Assembly: GCF_006345805.1 (NCBI RefSeq)
Contig: NC_043004.1
Span: 100,626,001 to 100,690,000 of the forward strand
From: Octopus sinensis
Taxonomy: Eukaryota
DNA: 64,000 bases
Direction: 5' to 3'
Positions within the stretch are counted from its first letter, which is position 1, and every line of letters begins with the position of its first letter. Position numbers and translations under genes: made by a program. Under the pieces are notes generated by a model. It was not told the origin of the DNA, searched no databases, and saw nothing but the letters and a program-made list of their open reading frames with translations. Positions 13,229 through 26,551 of this stretch are shown piece by piece.

Positions 13229-14430
13229 TAATATGCAGCTATTTATAACAAAAATGCATAAACAGATTTAGATGCCTAGACAGCAACAATAATAAAGCAA
13301 CACATTATCTTCGAATTTGACTTTTGAACCAACAAATGTGCCTTTACATATTTGTAGGAATTAATAGAAACAGCAGTCTATTCACACTGAACTATCATGT
13401 TCGAGGAATGTCTTTAAACTGCATCCGGTAGCGGGGTCCTGGTTTGGGTGATCCATGGTTTTGATGTGTGTGGAATCACCTCGTTGCCACTATTGTTTCC
13501 AAGTTTATTCTGACCTAAAGTAGTAGCAGCCGTCAGGGTCACAGGTATGGATTTAGAAACATGTTATGGTAGAAACTCCAGGCGCAAAACCTTCCTGCAT
13601 TGTGCGTGCCTTGGGAAATGAAAAGGCGAGAATAAAGAAGTGGAGTCCTTCAGACCGCCTCTTGCTCACTTTGAGTCCAAATTAGTGGGAGCTCGGCTCC
13701 TCGGCCCTGTCAGGCAATTCATCTAGGAGAAGACAACTCCAATGTAAAACCCACAGATTGCTGACCATTGCAATCCTTTTAACCCGCATTGTGACCAAAT
13801 GTAAAGATCGAGATCGGATTACACGAACTAATTCTCACCTTATATTTGCTAAGCGTGTACAAGAACAAAAGTCTTGCAGCATCAAAAATAGATTTACAGA
13901 ACCACTTAAGGGCATACTGATTGGTCCCCGTGAACTTCGGATACGAAAAACTGTCATCAGTTTTTTTGTTTTTTGCTTCTTTTTGTTTGTTTGTTTGTTT
14001 GTTTGTTTTTGGTTTTTCTAACCTTTATTGGTCACGACCCGAATGCCTTAGCTCATAGATCTACTCGACCGCAGTTGACCTCAGTTTAAATGATAACGAC
14101 AACACGTGACCACCATCCCATTTCACATTCATCAGATTATTTGAACAAAATTGTCGTTTTAATCTGAACAGCATCAACAACAACAACAGCAATAATAGCG
14201 GCACCAACTTAATGGGTTTCTTATTGTTAAATTCTGACCAATAAAAGAAATCGTTATTATCATTCTTGTTGTTGTTGTTGTTGATTTTGATGGTGTTGTT
14301 GTCGTTGTTCTTGTTGTTATTGTACTCCTATCAACAACAATCTAAAAAACAAGATGCAGTCATCTAAATCGACTAAATATGAAACTGATTACCGTGTGCG
14401 TGTGGGTGTGTGTGTGTGTGAATGTGTGTG

Positions 14431-14492
<62 letters not shown>

Positions 14493-14688
14493 TGTTTTAG
14501 ATTTGGCGATAGAAAGGGAGAAGCTTATGACGGAAGAATGAAGATGGATTGGATTAAGATAAATGCATTTATGTGCGATTGTATGTCTGACACTTAGTGG
14601 CCATATTGAGAGAATTAGATAAATGTGTTGATTCGTGTGTGCGTATGAATGTATGTTTGTGTATATGTCTCTGTGTATCTATCTCTGC

Positions 14689-14733
<45 letters not shown>

Positions 14734-15142
14734 TTATAAATATGCCCATGTTTTATATGTATATATATATATATGCATGTGTGTGTATGTTTACACAGAC
14801 ACAGTTGTATATATAATATATATATATATATATGTATGTATATATACACACACACACATAAATATATACATATATATATATACATACACACACACATATA
14901 TACATATATATGAATGTCAATATCTGTGTTTTGTTCAGAATGTGTTAGTATATATTGAAACGTATACACACATGTCCAATTGTTTGTGGTACGTGTATCT
15001 GTGTATGCTGGCGCTTACGTACACAGACGTACAATACGTACGTGTGTATGTATGTGTGTATATATATATGTGTTTGGTGGTGTGTGTGTGTATGTATATA
15101 TGTATGTATGTATATAACACAAAAGTATATGTACATGTATAT

Positions 15143-15224
<82 letters not shown>

Positions 15225-16540
15225 GATGATGTATGTATGTATAAACACTCACAAAAGTGTATGTACACTTACTGCTGAATGTACACAGGCGTATAGATAT
15301 GGTATGTTGTACACATACGTGCCTCACGTGAAAAGGTCATCAAAATGAGAAGGACAATTACAAGAATGAACAACTAGTTCAAACTATTAAGAATCAACTG
15401 CCAAGATTCTTTGTCATTGTTAAGACATCTTGGAGCCGAAGATTCCAAAATTTGCGGCGCACATGTGTGTGTATTTTTAGTCATACACATACATACACAC
15501 ATATGTGTATACGCATATGAAACATATGCATACATATACGCAAGGACAGTTACCATTGTTTATTCAAGTACAAACATAATGTGTCTATAATGTTTAAGTA
15601 GATTTGCTAATAACCCCTCACTAAACAAAGATCAACTGTATAAACCACAAATACAAGACACATATCTGAAAATAAGATGAGAGGCTTATTAGGCAATGGG
15701 CTTGCTGCTTTCTTCCCAGGGAAACTACATGAAAAGGGATAGCCAATTATATATACTTATATACTAAAACTCTTTACTGCCTCTGTAGTTTACTATGCGT
15801 GTGTCGGTGTGTGTACGTGTCTAGTTTTGTGCTAGTGTTTGTGAGTGCATGCGTCCTCGTCTGTGTATGTGTGTATGTGTGTATGTGTGTGTGTGTGTGG
15901 TGTGTGTGTGTGTGTGTGTTTATTGATGTATCCTTGTTTAACAAGCGTGTATGTGTATGTATGTATTTATGTGTCTGTGTTTTGCATGGTTGTGTCTCCA
16001 CGTCTCTTTGTGTGTGAGTCTTTATAAGTGATTAGGTATTTATACACCTATTATCTAGGCTTATGTATGCATTTATGAATGTCGTGGTGTGTCTGTGTGG
16101 GTGTATATATATATATATATGTGTGTTTATGTCTGCGCTTGTATTTAGCTATGTATGAACGTCTTTGCTTCCATGTGCAAAGGTATGAATGTGTATGCAT
16201 ATATCTTTACGTATGTGTTTTACATGTATCTTTGTGTCTACATGTATTTATGTGTATGAGTATACGTGTGAGTGCAAATGTGCTTATATATATATATATG
16301 TGTGTGTTGTGTGTGTGTGTGTGTGTGTGTGTGTATTTGTGTGTTGCTCTTCTCTGTTCCTCATACATATATTTCCCATGAAGATTTTTAGTCAGACGTC
16401 ACGAAGGGGAAAAAACGCTCAAACAACCTCAGTGAACGTGAGCAATCTGATTTCGATTCCAGCTTGTCATTTTTCACTCCGCATTTTCTAGCAGAGAAAA
16501 TACGAATGTTGAAACCTTCCATTTCTCATCTCTTTATCTC

Positions 16541-16944
16541 TCTCTTTTACTCTTTTACTTGTTTCAGTCATTTGACTGCGGCCATGCAGGAGCACCGCCT
16601 TTAGTCGAGCAACTCGACCCCGGGACTTATTCTTTGTAAACCCAGTACTTATTCTATCGGTCTCTTTTGCCGAACCGCTAATTGACGGGACGTAAACACA
16701 CCAACATCGGTTGTCAAGCAATGCTAGGGGGACAAACACACACACATACACATATATACATATATATATATACATATATACGACAGGCTTCTTTCAGTTT
16801 CCGTCTACCAAATCCACTCGCAAGGCATTGGTCGGCCCGGGGCTATAGCAGAAGACACTTGCCCAAGATGCCACGCAGTGGGACTGAACTCGGAACCATG
16901 TGGTTGGTTAGCAAGCTACTTACCACACAGACACTCCTGCGCCT
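16541..16944 (-). mobile_element. SINE family A, full length
   Basis: Tail (TACTCTT)n through head ccacacagacactcctgcgcct; highly similar to 28953-29351. Confidence 0.92.
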
Positions 16945-17357
16945 ATATACAGCTTTCACATTGATGGGAGAAAAGAACACTCGACTTGGATACAAGCATA
17001 AACTCAAACTAAGAAACACTGATGAAAGTGGGGGGGTGTTGGTGATGACAATGGGGATGATGACAAGGCGGTGTGCAAGCGGGAAAAGACTGAGTTGCTG
17101 TGTAAATTTTGAGAGTTCGACTAGTAATTCACTGATCCCGGGTTCAAATTCTGTTGCAGATAATTAAATATAAGACTGGCAGCAAATCATAATTCTTATT
17201 TCCAACGATGTTGCTTATATGTGCTCTTGCAGGACATGCTAAAAATAATAGCCAAATTTCCCCCAGGTAACATGATACGCAAGCGTATATTTGAGCATAT
17301 AGTCATATGTACAATAAAACGATATGATGTTTAATATGTAATCATATTTATACATAT

Positions 17358-17651
17358 TCCCACTGCGTGGCACCATGGGCAAGTGTCTTCTACTATAGCC
17401 TCGGGCCGACCAAATCCTTGTAAAGGGGTTTGGTAGACGGAAACTGGAAGAAGTCCGTCGTAAATATGTATATGTATATATTTATATGTGTATATGTTTG
17501 TGTGTCTGTGTTTGTCCCCCCCCCCACCACCATTGCTTGACAACCGATGGGGTGTGTTTACGTCCCCGTAACTTAGCAGTTCAACAAAAGAGACTGACAG
17601 AATAAGTACTAGGCTTACAAAGAATAAGTCCTGGGGTCTATTTGCTTGACT
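17358..17651 (+). mobile_element. SINE family A, truncated at both ends
   Basis: cccactgcgtggcaccatgggcaagtgtcttctactatagcc...gaataagtcctggggtctatttgcttgac. Confidence 0.88.
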
Positions 17652-17886
17652 ACATACATACATACATACATGCATACATACATACACACATGCATACATG
17701 CATACATACATACATACATACATACAAATACACACACACACACACCACACACCACACACACACACCACAACACACGGCATGCACCACGCACGCGCACGCA
17801 TGCACGCACGCACGCACGCACCGCACTCACGCACGCACGCACTCACGCACGCACACACACATACATACATACATACATACATACAT

Positions 17887-17947
<61 letters not shown>

Positions 17948-17964
17948 ATCCAGCGAGGACGCAT

Positions 17965-18205
17965 AGCCTAGCAATCTCGAAAGTTCGTAGTGTTCTTGAG
18001 CAAAACATCTCACGTTGCTCTATGATTACTTTGACACCAGACGTGTGGTGCACTGCGCACCTGTTCAGGTAACTTCGATTTTATAGAGGGAGTGACCTAA
18101 CGTGCAGCTCATACATCTAATTCCTATGAACAAATCAATTGTACAGGTCCTTCGCCAACAGCTGAACGCTCATATGTCGTCGTCTTCGATGAGAGAATCC
18201 ATCGT
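17965..18205 (+). mobile_element. Old SINE with family-D-type CORE-like segment and a different tail
   Basis: gtgttcttgagcaaaacatctcacgttgctc matches the D-family central segment; ends gtcgtcgtcttcgatgagagaatcc. Confidence 0.5.
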
Positions 18206-18250
18206 ATCCAATTATGAATCAAAAATTGCCGTAGTGTTGTAAACATTATC

Positions 18251-18661
18251 CTTTCCTACTCTAGATACAAGGCACGAAATCTTTTTTGGCGGAGTTGGGG
18301 GAGGACAGTCGATTAGATCGACCCCCAGTAAGCAACTTGTACTTACTATATCGATCGCGAAAGGATGAAAGGCAAAGTTGACGTCGGCGGAATTTGAACT
18401 CAGAACGTAACGACAGACGAATTACCTATTTCTTTATTACCCACAAGGGGCTAAACATAGAGGGGACAAACAAGGACAGACATAGGTATTAAGTCGATTA
18501 CATCGACCCCAGGGCGTAACTGGTACTTATTTAATCGACCCCGAAAGGATAAAAGGCAAAGTCTACCTCGGCGGAATTTGAACTCACAACGTAACGGCAG
18601 ACGAAATACCGCTAAGCATTTCATCCCGCGTGCTAACGTTTCTGCCAGCTTGCCGCCTTGC
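18251..18661 (-). mobile_element. Dimeric SINE (full B-prime followed by a headless B) flanked by a 15-bp TSD
   Basis: GTTGTAAACATTATC at 18236-18250 and 18662-18676; two gtcgac/ggaatttgaactc bodies but one head. Confidence 0.85.
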
Positions 18662-18867
18662 GTTGTAAACATTATCGAATGATATAATGTAGGTGTTTCG
18701 CTTGTTCACCGGAGATTAACTGAATTGCTAGTCTATGACTGTATAGAAGTCGTGTAAGAACCATCTGCTGGTATGCCATGGCGATCCATACCGCAGTGAA
18801 CTGGCGAATAAAATGCAGACACTGAGTATGTGTAGTCGACAACATATATATGGATATATATTTATGC

Positions 18868-19078
18868 GTGTGTGTCTGTGTTTGTCCTCACCACCATTAC
18901 TTGACAACCGATGTTGGTGTGTTTACGTCCCTATAATCTAGCCGTTCGGCAAAAAGCGACCGATAGAATAAGTACTATGCTTACAAAAAATATGTCCCTG
19001 GGACGATTTGTTCGACTAAAGACGGTGCTCCAGCATGGCCGCAACCAAATGCCTGAAACAAGTAAAAGAATAAAAGAT
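18868..19078 (+). mobile_element. SINE family A 3' half
   Basis: ttgacaaccgatgttggtgtgtttacgtcc...cagcatggccgcaaccaaatgcctgaaacaagtaaaagaataaaaga. Confidence 0.85.
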
Positions 19079-19730
19079 TGTGTATGTGTGTGTGTGTGGT
19101 GTGTGTGTGTGTGTGCTCATAGGTATAGTCTATCAAGGCTGACATCAAACAATGTATCTGTTGACTCAGTAACCTGCCGTATTAACAATACATAAGACAA
19201 GCTTACAGAGGAAGTTCTGTTGGTGATCCAACCTCATAGAAGTAGCAGCAAAATTTTGTCTGAAATCACGTTCTACCGTTTTAAAAAGAAAAACAACGAT
19301 GCTTGATTGGACAAGGATAGACCTAGAAATACAATGAGACTCGAGTGTCATCTTTACAGTACCTTTAATCGTAGGTCGCCTACTCAGAGCACTAAACCCC
19401 CAACATGAGAAACAAGAACGAAAATGCTGCTGCTACTGGAGATGATGATGACGTTAATAGTGATGACAATGATAGCAGTTTGGGCGCGGTTGGCAGGACA
19501 GCGACAGCAGCGGCGGCAGTGTTGTTGGTGGGGATGTGGTGCGACAGTAGCGGCGCCGGTAGCGGTGGAGGTGGCGGTGGTGGTGTTGCTATCATCGTCA
19601 TTGAACCACTGTTTTACCCACATCCCCTGAGAATCAAAGTTGAGGTTGCTGTGCAGAATGACAGATCCCGTCCGGAACAATAGTCATATATACACCAATT
19701 GTATGTATATACATACTTATCTATCTCCCT

Positions 19731-19771
<41 letters not shown>

Positions 19772-19773
19772 CT

Positions 19774-19839
<66 letters not shown>

Positions 19840-19871
19840 TATATGTAAATATATACATATATATACACATA

Positions 19872-19944
<73 letters not shown>

Positions 19945-20534
19945 CAAAAAAAAATAAATCTCTGAGCGAGGTATAAACAGTAGCTGCAACACATCGTGAA
20001 GTATATTTGCCATTTAAATATGGCTAATCCCTAAGGGTGGATGCTACTGTAGCTGTAGCTAGGGCACAGATAGGGCACAGAAAGTGTGTCTATAGCCAGC
20101 TAGAGGAGGTGTCATCCTGGGGCAACAAGCTACAGTAGCATCCACCCTTAGGGGTTAGCCATATTTAAATGGCAAATATTCTTCACTCTATATATATATA
20201 TAATACATACATACATACATACATACATACACACACATAGAGAGAGAGATACGTAAATGTATGCATACATAGATATACTCAAATATATGCAAATATCTGC
20301 ATGCGCACGTGCACATGTCAGTGCGTGTCAGAGCCATATATAAAGAGAAAAGTAAAAGCTGAAAATAATAGGTTGCTCTTAATAATCATACGACGGTTGG
20401 TGACTCTTTATTTCAAACAGTTGTGGGAAATATATAGTAGATCGTATATGCATAAAAGCCAGCTTCTCTTATTTTTAAGACGCCCCTGTACACTGGAATG
20501 GGAAAGGTATTTACTGCATCATTTTGCCACGAAC

Positions 20535-20866
20535 TTAACGATTTCTCTCCGTGGAATCTGTGCATAAAAACGCCATCGAACCGAGGCTCAAATTATGCCA
20601 GTGGACAACCAGACACTTGAGGTAAAAATATTTTCAAGATTCACTGGTCCCACTCCCGAACTATACGGTCGTTATATTGATGGCTGTATCGGTGCGACCT
20701 CGCTCTCTCGCGAGCAACTAGACTTCTTCCTCTCTTTCGGCGAATCTTTCCATTCTCCCCTCGAATTCTCCTGCACCGTAACCGTAAACTATATAGTATC
20801 ATAGACTTAAGTCCGAAATCATTCGTGTGGCATGCGCCGTACAACTCCAAGTCCTACTTGGAATAT
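20535..20866 (+). mobile_element. Penelope-like element, reverse transcriptase fragment (pseudogenised)
   Basis: GSNYA..LEVKIFSRFTGPTPELYGRYIDGCIGATSLSREQLDFFLSFGESFHSPLEFSCTVT (YIDD motif mutated to YIDG), then PYNSKSYLEY matching the PLE KPTDSHSYL.Y motif. Confidence 0.88.
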
Positions 20867-20867
20867 A

Positions 20868-21622
20868 TGGGTAGGAGTGAAGAGAGGAAGTAGGTGTGAG
20901 TTGTGGTGAGGATAGAGGAGGGGAGTTGAGCCCATGTGACGCAGAGGAGCGAAGAGAGAAGATTAAATCTTGTTCACAGCGAAGGTGGGAGTCAGGATGG
21001 CCCCTGTGCAAAGACAATCCAAACACAGGCAGGTGTTGTAATGAATGACCGGGGTGTCGTTGCCGAGTCTAATGTCTCGGAGGTGTTCCGCGAACCGGTC
21101 AGCCAAGCAGCGTTCCGTTTGACCGATGTACAGAGGACAGAAAGAGCAGGAGATGCAGTAAATGATGTTGCTACAAGTGCAGGTGAAGGAATCAGTGATA
21201 TGATAGGGATGATGATGGGTGTCTGTGAGGATGGTGGTATGGGGAGGTAGGGGCAAGTGTGGCAGCGTAGGCGGGAGCAGGGGAACGAGCCAGGACGGGA
21301 GGTGGGGTTAGGAAAGAAACTGTGGACCAGGAGGTCACGTAGGTTGTGGATGCAGGGTGGGGTAGGTTGGGGAAGATATGCGAAGTGAAGGGGTTAGACT
21401 AGAGTCGCCGGAAGGCTCCGAGAAGGGTACGTTGGAGAGGCAGGGTGGAGGGCAAACGGAACACGGGTAACGATGGGGCGGTGGCGGGGAGAAAGAGCAG
21501 AAGCATGGTCCACGGTGGTGTGGATAGCGGTGAGGGGATATCCATGAAGGTTGAAGTGGTGAGCCATGAGTTGAGACTGAGTCTCAAAGTCATGATTGTC
21601 ACTGCCGAACAAATCGACGTAA
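20868..21622 (-). mobile_element. Penelope-like element, thumb + Zn knuckle + GIY-YIG endonuclease + 3'UTR (frameshifted)
   Basis: LRR..SDNHDFETQSQLMAHHFNLHGYP; NLRDLLVHS; PGSFPCSRLRCHTCPYL; FTCTCSNIIYCISCSFCPLYIGQTERCLADRFAEHLRDI; EQDLIFSLRSSASHGLN. Confidence 0.92.
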
Positions 21623-21892
21623 GTGTTAATGTTGTTGTTTTTGATTTTGTTTATTTCTAAGTGTTGTAATCAGTTTTGGCGTTGTCGAACCGCTAAGTTG
21701 CTAGGAAGTAAACATACCAACACTGGTAGTCATGGGTTGGTGGGGAAACAAACACACACACACACACATACACACATGTATATATATGCGATAGTGGTAT
21801 CCACAATTTCATTCCACCAAATTCACTTGCAAGACATTGGACTTTATATATTACATAAAGATTTATGTGTATAGCCACATGTACTTCATTGG

Positions 21893-22345
21893 TGCTTGCG
21901 TGGCTGTATAGTAAGCAGTGTGCCTCCCAACCTCATGGCCCCGTGTTCAGTCCTACAGTGTGGCATCTGGGGCAAATGTCGTCCACTATAACCTTGGTCG
22001 GGTAAAAACCTTTTGAGTGGATTTGATTGACAGAACCTGAAATAAGTCCGCTGTATATATGTGCGCGTGTGTGCGTGCGTGCGTGCGTGCGTGTGTGTGT
22101 GCGCGCGTGTGTGTGTGTGTGTGTGTGTCTTTATAACTATGTTTGTTCCCTATCGCTGTTTGGCAACCATATGGTGGTGTGTTTACGTTCACGTAACTTA
22201 GTGATTCGGCAAAAGAGAATGATAGAATAAGTACTATGCTTAAAAAATAGTAAGTACTATGATTGATTTGTTCGACTAAAATTCCCCAGGGCGGTGCTCC
22301 ACTATGGCCGCAGCCTAATAACTGAAGCAAGTAAATGAGTGAACG
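21893..22345 (+). mobile_element. SINE family A, diverged full length (opposite-strand fragment at 21672-21842)
   Basis: gtggctgtatagtaagcagtgtgcc head ... gggcggtgctccactatggccgcag tail. Confidence 0.8.
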
Positions 22346-22996
22346 AAAAGAAAGATGAAAACATATACAAAGAGAGTGAGAGAGAGATACATATAGATAG
22401 ACGTGTACATAGATAAACTATACTGAGTGTGATGTTTGTGGTTTATTGCTAATAGTTAATTTCTTGGTACTACCAAAGAGTGTATTTCTTCTTTTTTCTT
22501 TAATTATTTTTCCTATAGAATCTTATGCCATTACCAAACACTGATTTGAAATCAAAACTGCCAAGTAACTAGCATATGTGAATTAAAGCTACAACTCCCA
22601 CACGATTTCATATGTGTCATAGCCAACAGCTCGGATATTAAAAAGAATAATGTACTAAAAGACGTAGTTAAGATATCCGAAATACATATAAAGAGATGAT
22701 ATGTCACTCGGAGGTCTCTTCAAATATAAAAGAATTTTCATGACAAATAAAGTTGTTTGAGAAAGTTGACGCCATAAATGCTATCAAATTCATATAGGTA
22801 TAGAATTCACACATTATAATATTTGTGTGTGTGTGCGTGTGTTTGCTAGGGGTGCGGACAAAATGATATATGATGATAGGAATAGCTTCTATATAAGTGG
22901 AACTGGCTTCCTGTCTCAGTAATACCGCCTGGGAACATTTATATGGAAAATTTCGGTTAATTAAGGAAAAGGGAATATTAAAGAATGTATAGTTGT

Positions 22997-23099
<103 letters not shown>

Positions 23100-23747
23100 C
23101 ATGCATACTTGAATGTATATGTCTTTACGTATGTATGTACATAGAAGCACACTTTTCTCACTCATTCCTTAGATTCTGTTTAAATTTAGGGATGGGTGTG
23201 GAGATATTCCTGTTTCAAATCTGGTTGATTGATTGTTCCCATAAACTCCGAACGGAAACTTCGGGGTGGCAGTTTTTTGGCATGTTTTCAATATATGCTG
23301 GTGTTATATATCTTTTGTCCATCAATTTTTGCGGAGATTTCTGCTCGATCACAGCGAAGTAACAAAATATTCATATGTTTGTTCAGAATCTCCTTCAATA
23401 CTGGCTGTGATTAGCTGTTCATTATGTTTGTAAGAGACGTGTGTCATCTCTCACAATAACATATTTCAATGCAGATTTTTTATTATTATTGTTATTATTA
23501 ATCTAAGTTTTTGTTATTCATGACCTTATTGGTGATGAAGGCGGGGAAATTTCGGCAGAGTGTCGGATAGAATGCTCTGTGGTGTTTCTTTCTGCTCCCT
23601 ATGCACCGAGATCAAATCCCGCAAGAATCATCATTACCCTTCATACTTTCTATGTTGATAAATAAATTATTATTGAACAAATATTGAGGCGTTCTCTATC
23701 TTCTCCCTCACCTATTTTACTTACTCTCTTCCCTATCTATCTCTCTA

Positions 23748-23824
<77 letters not shown>

Positions 23825-24204
23825 CTTGCACTTTCACTTTTCCTGTTTGGTTCCATCCGTCAAATTGTATCTTTTATAAAGTCAAATTCCCATAAAAGCA
23901 TTGGGCAATCATCTTTGATTACCCCATCATCTTTGATTACATGATGATGTAAAGAAAGTCACTAGTGAAAAACTGATAGCACGAGAATGAAAGGACTTCA
24001 TTAGGTTCAGTAAAGCCAAAGAGAAAGTTGAATATTTTGCTGTCAGGGATCAGGAAAAAGAAAAACCCCAAAATCCTCCTTAATCATCAATCAATTTAAG
24101 GTCAACTTTTCCATGCTTGCATTGGTTTGATGGAATTTGAGGCGAATATTCTACGGCCAGGTGCTCTTCATGTGACCAACCCTCATCCGTTTCCAAGTAA
24201 GGTA

Positions 24205-24422
24205 GTACTGGTTTCAAATTTATGGTACAAGGCCAACAAGTTCGGGTGAAGGGGTTACGTCGACTATATTGACCCCAGTGTTCAACTGGTTCTTATTTTA
24301 TCGACCCCAGAAGGATGGAAAATAAAGTCGACCTCGGCAGAATTTGAACTCAGAACGTAGCAACGATCGAAATACCAATAAGCATTTTGTCCGGTGTGCT
24401 AAAGATTCTCCCATCGACCGCC

Positions 24423-24424
<2 letters not shown>
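24205..24424 (-). mobile_element. SINE family B
   Basis: ttttatcgaccccagaaggatggaaaataaagtcgacctcggcagaatttgaactcagaacgtag. Confidence 0.85.
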
Positions 24425-24480
<56 letters not shown>

Positions 24481-24481
<1 letters not shown>

Positions 24482-25332
24482 CTGAAGCAGAAGGGTTTAT
24501 CATAGCAGCTCAAGATCAATGCCTACCAAGAAGGAACAACCTGGCCAACATATTAAAGAACGGCAGCTCCCCAATATGTCGTGTATGTCAACAACAAAAT
24601 GAAACCATTGATCATGTTGTCTCCAAGTGCAGTCTTCTAGCGCCTACAGAGTATCTCAACAGGCATGATAGAGCTGCACAATATATTCACTGGGTAATTT
24701 GCAAAAACCTGGATTTGCCCCATGAAAAAAACTGGTGGGAACATAAACCACCTCCACAGTGCTTGAGAATGACCACATCTCACTCCTCTGGAACTTCACC
24801 ATTCAAACTGATAGAAAGATAGATGCAAATAGGCCAGACATCATATTGAAAGACTTTAGACAAAGAACATACCTCCTCATTGATATGACTGTCCCAATCG
24901 ATATAAACGTATCTGCCAAGGCCTACCAAAAACTGAGCAAATCTTGAAATAGAAATCAGTAAAGTGTGGAACCCGAAGACTAAAAACAGTACCTGTTGTC
25001 ATAGGTGCCCTGGGAATGATAGCAAAAGGGGCTGATTGCTACCTAACTCAGATACCAGGAAACCCAAAAATAGCAGAAGTTCAAAAGATAGTGCTCATGG
25101 GAACTGCTCATATCCTACGCAAAATACTTTCTATGTAATCTCAAGTTTTAAAACAAACATAATTTTCGTTTTATTTTTTTTTTAGACATTCACTAGTACA
25201 ACACTAAATACAAAACCAAATATATGGCACACTAGCCAGAACACAACATGAACTTCCAACCTGTTGTCTCTTGAGGTCGCTGGGTGAGACTTGGAGCCAA
25301 CTTGTACAAATATAAAGCAAAAGTCAAACATA

Positions 25333-25333
<1 letters not shown>
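24481..25333 (+). mobile_element. 5'-truncated R4/Dong-clade non-LTR retrotransposon (CCHC knuckle + restriction-like endonuclease + 3'UTR) inserted in (TAA)n
   Basis: SEAEGFIIAAQDQCL...CRVCQQQNETIDHVVSKC...RHDRAAQYIHW; LLWNFTIQTDRKIDANRPDII..LLIDMTVP; VPVVIGALG..LMGTAHILRKILSM* (stop 25136-25138); two frameshifts; TAA arrays on both sides (24424-24480 and 25334-25420). Confidence 0.92.
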
Positions 25334-25391
<58 letters not shown>

Positions 25392-26551
25392 CTGATAATA
25401 ATAATAATAATAATAATAATTTATTTTATATTATTACTGTTGTCGTTGTTGATGTTATCCCTTTCTTGGCTGCACGGGCCCAAATTCCTGATACAAATCG
25501 TTTTATACAAAAGCAGTTGGTCACAAAACTATACGGAATATACTTCTTCATAATAATAATGTGGGAGCAGAAACTAATATATTTGAGAATAGGTTAAAAA
25601 TTTTACGCAAAAAAGAAATACATTTCTTCGGAGTTCATCAGGACTTGAATATTTATGCAGTACCCAACCGATCACATGTTGCTGCTTGTCACCTTTGCAT
25701 TTACCACATGCCCGATCTGTGTTATTAGACCCCAACATGTACTGGACAGGTGCGTGGAGCACTAGCTCTACCTGTCATATGAACTCGTCCTCGATATTAA
25801 AGATAAGGCCTACGCCTCTCGATATGCCCTACTCTGCGCGATAAAACGAACATTCCGCCACCTGTTGCCCAGGATTCCTCTCGATGCCTTTCAAAATCTT
25901 ATGAGAAATTAGTACGATGCTTTTTAACACAGATACATTCCAACTTGCCCTTTTCTTGGTAAATTTATCCGATAAGAAGGCAATTTATTTTTGTGGAAAA
26001 AATATTCTTCTACGTTTTCACCCTTGTTTGCTTTTCACCGATGTCAAAGATTTCGGCTTGCGAGTGTAGCAATCGATGTTATTGTCGTCAGAAGTGCTTT
26101 TGTTACTCCTATTTAAGTATCGCGTTTTAATCATATTTTTCGTCTGTCTTTATCAATTTGTGATTCTCTGTGGTCATATATGTGCTTGGTTAATTGCCAC
26201 ATTTCATTCTGTTTCCGTGCCTGTGTCTGTGTGTGTCACAACTTCTAAATGCTCTCGGGGCGTAGAAGTCGCCATATCAAACCACTAAGAAGTCAATGCA
26301 AAATGCTTGTCTGCTGGAATATGTCTACGCATTAAGAATACCTCAAAACGAAGCTTTCTTCCGCCTAACTGAAATATCTTGTTGCTATGAACACATAAAA
26401 GGAATTTTTTTATGAACTATCTTTTCAAATATGAAATGGAATCTTCCAAGGTGATAACTATGTCGTCCTTATTTTCTTTAGTAATATAAGATATTAAAGT
26501 AGCGAAAGACAGGAGTTAGGTGTGAATAGAGAGATGGAAAAAGTGATTTAA

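Noticed and set aside
13380-13770. GC-richer segment ending ctaggagaagacaactccaatgtaaaaccc, like a LINE 5'UTR
   Set aside because: Resemblance only; no second copy or ORF in the window to support it
25614-25656. Minus-strand CUGAUGA...GAAAUGUA
   Set aside because: No stem II and no stem I pairing
25780-25912. CpG-rich open frame ELVLDIKDKAYASRYALLCAIKRTFRHLLPRIPLDAFQNLMRN
   Set aside because: Probably transposon-derived, but I cannot assign it to a family
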